Shown here in pieces: positions 55,901 to 64,000 of a stretch of 64,000 bases of DNA (positions are counted from its first letter, which is position 1; each line of letters begins with the position of its first letter). Below the pieces are notes generated by a model that did not search any database, was not told the origin of the DNA, and saw nothing but the letters and a program-made list of their open reading frames with translations. The DNA lies in the NCBI GenBank assembly GCA_964057225.1, contig CAXKVF010000078.1, forward strand, positions 621,180 to 685,179, read 5' to 3'. The position numbers and the translations under genes were made by a program. This DNA is from Auanema rhodensis (Eukaryota > Animalia > Nematoda).

Positions 55901-58900
55901 AACCGCATCTCTTTATCTTTCACGTGAAGCGAGTTACATACCAAGTGCACATCACGTGTACATTTAATTAGCATAAATTAAAGTTCACGTAAATTTTAAA
56001 GTCATGGTTACCATGAACCAATATCAATAAAAATTTGTTTTTAGACTAATATGGACATGGGGAATCTAATTTTGAAAACCGCATCTCTTTATCTTTCACG
56101 TGAAGCGAGTTACATACCAAGTGCACATCACGTGTACATTTAATTAGCATAAATTAAAGTTCACGTAAATTTCAAAGTCATGGTTACCATGAACCAATAT
56201 CAATAAAAATTTGTTTTTAGACTAATATGGACATGGGGAATCTAATTTTGAAAACCGCATCTCTTTATCTTTCACGTGAAGCGAGTTACATACCAAGTGC
56301 ACATCACGTGTTCATTTAATTAGCATAAATTAAAGTTCACGTAAATTTCAAAGTCATGGTTACCATGAAGCAATATCAATAAAAATTTGTTTTTAGACTA
56401 ATATGGACATGGGGAATCTAATTTTGAAAACCGCATCTCTTTATCTTTCACGTGAAGCGAGTTACATACCAAGTGCACATCACGTGTACATTTAATTAGC
56501 ATAAATTAAAGTTCACGTAAATTTCAAAGTCATGGTTACCATGAACCAATATCAATAAAAATTTGTTTTTAGACTAATATGGACATGGGGAATCTAATTT
56601 TGAAAACCGCATTTCTTTATCTTTCACGTGAAGCGAGTTACATACCAAGTGCACATCACGTGTACATTTAATTAGCATAAATTAAAGTTCACGTAAATTT
56701 CAAAGTCATGGTTACCATGAACCAATATCAATAAAAATTTGTTTTTAGACTAATATGGACATGGGGAATCTAATTTTGAAAACCGCATCTCTTTATCTTT
56801 CACGTGAAGCGAGTTACATACCAAGTGCACATCACGTGTACATTTAATTAGCATAAATTAAAGTTCACGTAAATTTCAAAGTCATGGTTACCATGAACCA
56901 ATATCAATAAAAATTTGTTTTTAGACTAATATGGACATGGGGAATCTAATTTTGAAAACCGCATTTCTTTATCTTTCACGTGAAGCGAGTTACATACCAA
57001 GTGCACATCACGTGTACATTTAATTAGCATAAATTAAAGTTCACGTAAATTTCAAAGTCATGGTTACCATGCACCAATATCAATAAAAATTTGTTTTTAG
57101 ACTAATATGGACATGGGGAATCTAATTTTGAAAACCGCATCTCTTTATCTTTCACGTGAAGCGAGTTACATACCAAGTGCACATCACGTGTACATTTAAT
57201 TAGCATAAATTAAAGTTCACGTAAATTTTAAAGTCATGGTTACCATGAACCAATATCAATAAAAATTTGTTTTTAGACTAATATGGACATGGGGAATCTA
57301 ATTTTGAAAACCGCATCTCTTTATCTTTCACGTGAAGCGAGTTACATACCAAGTGCACATCACGTGTACATTTAATTAGCATAAATTAAAGTTCACGTAA
57401 ATTTCAAAGTCATGGTTACCATGAACTAATATCAATAAAAATTTGTTTTTAGACTAATATGGACATGGAGAATCTAATTTTGAAAACCGCATCTCTTTAT
57501 CTTTCACGTGAAGCGAGTTACATACCAAGTGCACATCACGTGTACATTTAATTAGCATAAATTAAAGTTCACGTAAATTTTAAAGTCATGGTTACCATGA
57601 ACCAATATCAATAAAAATTTGTTTTTAGACTAATATGGACATGGAGAATCTAATTTTGAAAACCGCATCTCTTTATCTTTCACGTGAAGCGAGTTACATA
57701 CCAAGTGCACATCACGTGTACATTTAATTAGCATAAATTAAAGTTCACGTAAATTTTAAAGTCATGGTTACCATGAACCAATATCAATAAAAATTTGTTT
57801 TTAGACTAATATGGACATGGGGAATCTAATTTTGAAAACCGCATCTCTTTATCTTTCACGTGAAGCGAGTTACATACCAAGTGCACATCACGTGTACATT
57901 TAATTAGCATAAATTAAAGTTCACGTAAATTTCAAAGTCATGGTTACCATGAACCAATATCAATAAAAATTTGTTTTTAGACTAATATGGACATGGGGAA
58001 TCTAATTTTGAAAACCGCATCTCTTTATCTTTCACGTGAAGCGAGTTACATACCAAGTGCACATCACGTGTTCATTTAATTAGCATAAATTAAAGTTCAC
58101 GTAAATTTCAAAGTCATGGTTACCATGAAGCAATATCAATAAAAATTTGTTTTTAGACTAATATGGACATGGGGAATCTAATTTTGAAAACCGCATCTCT
58201 TTATCTTTCACGTGAAGCGAGTTACATACCAAGTGCACATCACGTGTACATTTAATTAGCATAAATTAAAGTTCACGTAAATTTCAAAGTCATGGTTACC
58301 ATGAACCAATATCAATAAAAATTTGTTTTTAGACTAATATGGACATGGGGAATCTAATTTTGAAAACCGCATTTCTTTATCTTTCACGTGAAGCGAGTTA
58401 CATACCAAGTGCACATCACGTGTACATTTAATTAGCATAAATTAAAGTTCACGTAAATTTCAAAGTCATGGTTACCATGAACCAATATCAATAAAAATTT
58501 GTTTTTAGACTAATATGGACATGGGGAATCTAATTTTGAAAACCGCATCTCTTTATCTTTCACGTGAAGCGAGTTACATACCAAGTGCACATCACGTGTA
58601 CATTTAATTAGCATAAATTAAAGTTCACGTAAATTTCAAAGTCATGGTTACCATGAACCAATATCAATAAAAATTTGTTTTTAGACTAATATGGACATGG
58701 GGAATCTAATTTTGAAAACCGCATTTCTTTATCTTTCACGTGAAGCGAGTTACATACCAAGTGCACATCACGTGTACATTTAATTAGCATAAATTAAAGT
58801 TCACGTAAATTTCAAAGTCATGGTTACCATGCACCAATATCAATAAAAATTTGTTTTTAGACTAATATGGACATGGGGAATCTAATTTTGAAAACCGCAT

Positions 58901-61900
58901 CTCTTTATCTTTCACGTGAAGCGAGTTACATACCAAGTGCACATCACGTGTACATTTAATTAGCATAAATTAAAGTTCACGTAAATTTTAAAGTCATGGT
59001 TACCATGAACCAATATCAATAAAAATTTGTTTTTAGACTAATATGGACATGGGGAATCTAATTTTGAAAACCGCATCTCTTTATCTTTCACGTGAAGCGA
59101 GTTACATACCAAGTGCACATCACGTGTACATTTAATTAGCATAAATTAAAGTTCACGTAAATTTCAAAGTCATGGTTACCATGAACTAATATCAATAAAA
59201 ATTTGTTTTTAGACTAATATGGACATGGAGAATCTAATTTTGAAAACCGCATCTCTTTATCTTTCACGTGAAGCGAGTTACATACCAAGTGCACATCACG
59301 TGTACATTTAATTAGCATAAATTAAAGTTCACGTAAATTTTAAAGTCATGGTTACCATGAACCAATATCAATAAAAATTTGTTTTTAGACTAATATGGAC
59401 ATGGAGAATCTAATTTTGAAAACCGCATCTCTTTATCTTTCACGTGAAGCGAGTTACATACCAAGTGCACATCACGTGTACATTTAATTAGCATAAATTA
59501 AAGTTCACGTAAATTTTAAAGTCATGGTTACCATGAACCAATATCAATAAAAATTTGTTTTTAGACTAATATGGACATGGGGAATCTAATTTTGAAAACC
59601 GCATCTCTTTATCTTTCACGTAAAGCGAGTTACATACCAAGTGCACATCACGTGTACATTTAATTAGCATAAATTAAAGTTCACGTAAATTTCAAAGTCA
59701 TGGTTACCATGAACCAATATCAATAAAAATTTGTTTTTAGACTAATATGGACATGGGGAATCTAATTTTGAAAACCGCATCTCTTTATCTTTCACGTGAA
59801 GCGAGTTACATACCAAGTGCACATCACGTGTTCATTTAATTAGCATAAATTAAAGTTCACGTAAATTTCAAAGTCATGGTTACCATGAAGCAATATCAAT
59901 AAAAATTTGTTTTTAGACTAATATGGACATGGGAAATCTAATTTTGAAAACCGCATCTCTTTATCTTTCACGTGAAGCGAGTTACATACCAAGTGCACAT
60001 CACGTGTACATTTAATTAGCATAAATTAAAGTTCACGTAAATTTCAAAGTCATGGTTACCATGAACCAATATCAATAAAAATTTGTTTTTAGACTAATAT
60101 GGACATGGGGAATCTAATTTTAAAAACCGCATTTCTTTATCTTTCACGTGAAGCGAGTTACATACCAAGTGCACATCACGTGTACATTTAATTAGCATAA
60201 ATTAAAGTTCACGTAAATTTCAAAGTCATGGTTACCATGAACCAATATCAATAAAAATTTGTTTTTAGACTAATATGGACATGGGGAATCTAATTTTGAA
60301 AACCGCATCTCTTTATCTTTCACGTGAAGCGAGTTACATACCAAGTGCACATCACGTGTACATTTAATTAGCATAAATTAAAGTTCACGTAAATTTCAAA
60401 GTCATGGTTACCATGAACCAATATCAATAAAAATTTGTTTTTAGACTAATATGGACATGGGGAATCTAATTTTGAAAACCGCATTTCTTTATCTTTCACG
60501 TGAAGCGAGTTACATACCAAGTGCACATCACGTGTACATTTAATTAGCATAAATTAAAGTTCACGTAAATTTCAAAGTCATGGTTACCATGCACCAATAT
60601 CAATAAAAATTTGTTTTTAGACTAATATGGACATGGGGAATCTAATTTTGAAAACCGCATCTCTTTATCTTTCACGTGAAGCGAGTTACATACCAAGTGC
60701 ACATCACGTGTACATTTAATTAGCATAAATTAAAGTTCACGTAAATTTTAAAGTCATGGTTACCATGAACCAATATCAATAAAAATTTGTTTTTAGACTA
60801 ATATGGACATGGGGAATCTAATTTTGAAAACCGCATCTCTTTATCTTTCACGTGAAGCGAGTTACATACCAAGTGCACATCACGTGTACATTTAATTAGC
60901 ATAAATTAAAGTTCACGTAAATTTCAAAGTCATGGTTACCATGAACTAATATCAATAAAAATTTGTTTTTAGACTAATATGGACATGGAGAATCTAATTT
61001 TGAAAACCGCATCTCTTTATCTTTCACGTGAAGCGAGTTACATACCAAGTGCACATCACGTGTACATTTAATTAGCATAAATTAAAGTTCACGTAAATTT
61101 TAAAGTCATGGTTACCATGAACCAATATCAATAAAAATTTGTTTTTAGACTAATATGGACATGGGGAATCTAATTTTGAAAACCGCATTTCTTTATCTTT
61201 CACGTGAAGCGAGTTACATACCAAGTGCACATCACGTGTACATTTAATTAGCATAAATTAAAGTTCACGTAAATTTCAAAGTCATGGTTACCATGAACCA
61301 ATATCAATAAAAATTTGTTTTTAGACTAATATGGACATGGGGAATCTAATTTTGAAAACCGCATCTCTTTATCTTTCACGTGAAGCGAGTTACATACCAA
61401 GTGCACATCACGTGTACATTTAATTAGCATAAATTAAAGTTCACGTAAATTTCAAAGTCATGGTTACCATGAACCAATATCAATAAAAATTTGTTTTTAG
61501 ACTAATATGGACATGGGGAATCTAATTTTGAAAACCGCATTTCTTTATCTTTCACGTGAAGCGAGTTACATACCAAGTGCACATCACGTGTACATTTAAT
61601 TAGCATAAATTAAAGTTCACGTAAATTTCAAAGTCATGGTTACCATGCACCAATATCAATAAAAATTTGTTTTTAGACTAATATGGACATGGGGAATCTA
61701 ATTTTGAAAACCGCATCTCTTTATCTTTCACGTGAAGCGAGTTACATACCAAGTGCACATCACGTGTACATTTAATTAGCATAAATTAAAGTTCACGTAA
61801 ATTTCAAAGTCATGGTTACCATGAACTAATATCAATAAAAATTTGTTTTTAGACTAATATGGACATGGAGAATCTAATTTTGAAAACCGCATCTCTTTAT

Positions 61901-62400
61901 CTTTCACGTGAAGCGAGTTACATACCAAGTGCACATCACGTGTACATTTAATTAGCATAAATTAAAGTTCACGTAAATTTTAAAGTCATGGTTACCATGA
62001 ACCAATATCAATAAAAATTTGTTTTTAGACTAATATGGACATGGGGAATCTAATTTTGAAAACCGCATCTCTTTATCTTTCACGTGAAGCGAGTTACATA
62101 CCAAGTGCACATCACGTGTACATTTAATTAGCATAAATTAAAGTTCACGTAAATTTCAAAGTCATGGTTACCATGAACTAATATCAATAAAAATTTGTTT
62201 TTAGACTAATATGGACATGGAGAATCTAATTTTGAAAACCGCATCTCTTTATCTTTCACGTGAAGCGAGTTATATACCAAGTGCACATCACGTGTACATT
62301 TAATTAGCATAAATTAAAGTTCACGTAAATTTCAAAGTCATGGTTACCATGAAGCAATATCAATAAAAATTTGTTTTTAGACTAATATGGACATGGGGAA
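49903..62400. repeat. Variable-length higher-order repeat domain (mostly ~9-14 monomers per unit)
   Basis: The AACTAAT...GGAG marker monomer recurs at 51133, 53421, 55885, 57469, 59229, 60989, 61869 and 62221 (steps of 13, 14, 9, 10, 10, 5 and 2 monomers), with a recurring order of GTTC, ATTTCT and TTTTAAA variants. Confidence 0.8.
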
Positions 62401-64000
62401 TCTAATTTTGAAAACCGCATCTCTTTATCTCTCACGTGAAGCGAGTTACATACCAAGTGCACATCACGTGTACATTTAATTAGCATAAATTAAAGTTCAC
62501 GTAAATTTCAAAGTCATGGTTACCATGAACCAATATCAATAAAAATTTGTTTTTAGACTAATATGGACATGGGGAATCTAATTTTGAAAACCGCATCTCT
62601 TTATCTTTCACGTGAAGCGAGTTACATACCAAGTGCACATCACGTGTACATTTAATTAGCATAAATTAAAGTTCACGTAAATTTCAAAGTCATGGTTACC
62701 ATGAACCAATATCAATAAAAATTTGTTTTTAGACTAATATGGACATGGGGAATCTAATTTTGAAAACCGCATTTCTTTATCTTTCACGTGAAGCGAGTTA
62801 CATACCAAGTGCACATCACGTGTACATTTAATTAGCATAAATTAAAGTTCACGTAAATTTCAAAGTCATGGTTACCATGAACCAATATCAATAAAAATTT
62901 GTTTTTAGACTAATATGGACATGGGGAATCTAATTTTGAAAACCGCATCTCTTTATCTTTCACGTGAAGCGAGTTACATACCAAGTGCACATCACGTGTA
63001 CATTTAATTAGCATAAATTAAAGTTCACGTAAATTTCAAAGTCATGGTTACCATGAACCAATATCAATAAAAATTTGTTTTTAGACTAATATGGACATGG
63101 GGAATCTAATTTTGAAAACCGCATTTCTTTATCTTTCACGTGAAGCGAGTTACATACCAAGTGCACATCACGTGTACATTTAATTAGCATAAATTAAAGT
63201 TCACGTAAATTTCAAAGTCATGGTTACCATGAAGCAATATCAATAAAAATTTGTTTTTAGACTAATATGGACATGGGGAATCTAATTTTGAAAACCGCAT
63301 CTCTTTATCTTTCACGTGAAGCGAGTTACATACCAAGTGCACATCACGTGTACATTTAATTAGCATAAATTAAAGTTCACGTAAATTTCAAAGTCATGGT
63401 TACCATGAACCAATATCAATAAAAATTTGTTTTTAGACTAATATGGACATGGGGAATCTAATTTTGAAAACCGCATTTCTTTATCTTTCACGTGAAGCGA
63501 GTTACATACCAAGTGCACATCACGTGTACATTTAATTAGCATAAATTAAAGTTCACGTAAATTTCAAAGTCATGGTTACCATGAACCAATATCAATAAAA
63601 ATTTGTTTTTAGACTAATATGGACATAGGAAATCTAATTTTGAAAACCGCATTTCTTTATCTTTCACGTGAAGCGAGTTACATACCAAGTGCACATCACG
63701 TGTACATTTAATTAGCATAAATTAAAGTTCACGTAAATTTCAAAGTCATGGTTACCATGCACCAATATCAATAAAAATTTGTTTTTAGACTAATATGGAC
63801 ATGGGGAATCTAATTTTGAAAACCGCATCTCTTTATCTTTCACGTGAAGCGAGTTACATACCAAGTGCACATCACGTGTACATTTAATTAGCATAAATTA
63901 AAGTTCACGTAAATTTTAAAGTCATGGTTACCATGAACCAATATCAATAAAAATTTGTTTTTAGACTAATATGGACATGGGGAATCTAATTTTGAAAACC

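Larger units (their letters stand above)
1..64000. repeat. Tandem satellite DNA array, 176-bp monomer, 364 full copies + 18 bp (putative centromeric/pericentromeric satellite)
   Basis: The unit AATCTAATTTTGAAAACC...GGACATGGGG recurs at 1, 177, 353 and onward. The last start at 63983 equals 1+364x176 after correcting for +1 (~11059), two 39-bp deletions and five 1-bp deletions. Consensus GC is 56/176 (~32%). I saw no inversions or foreign insertions. Centromeric location is inference only. Confidence 0.99.

Noticed and set aside
1-64000. CRISPR array or other repeat-spacer system
   Set aside because: There are no unique spacers, the whole 176 bp is repeated, and no cas or other genes are present.

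Overview
The whole 64-kb window is one uninterrupted head-to-tail satellite array of a 176-bp, ~32% GC monomer: 364 complete monomers plus 18 bp, all in the same orientation and mostly 0-3 substitutions from consensus. Monomer size, AT-richness and homogeneity are typical of a eukaryotic centromeric or pericentromeric satellite, but I cannot assign a species or named family. I find no credible genes, RNA genes, transposons or CRISPR arrays. The seven 60-aa ORFs come from a single SNP in the monomer. The points of interest are structural: (1) the monomer is packed with dyad symmetries and has three TCACGT/E-box motifs spaced 32-33 bp apart; (2) two 137-bp monomers have lost the strongest palindrome through a 39-bp deletion between AAATTT repeats; (3) diagnostic SNPs record nested multi-monomer duplications (offsets of 4 to 92 monomers) and divide the array into domains; (4) the GGGG tract is a mutation hotspot while CpG decay is nearly absent; (5) five homopolymer 1-bp deletions cluster at 45.5-48.9 kb and look like consensus errors. 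The sequence alone does not support a novel protein-coding system. Variant lists were read by eye and may be incomplete.
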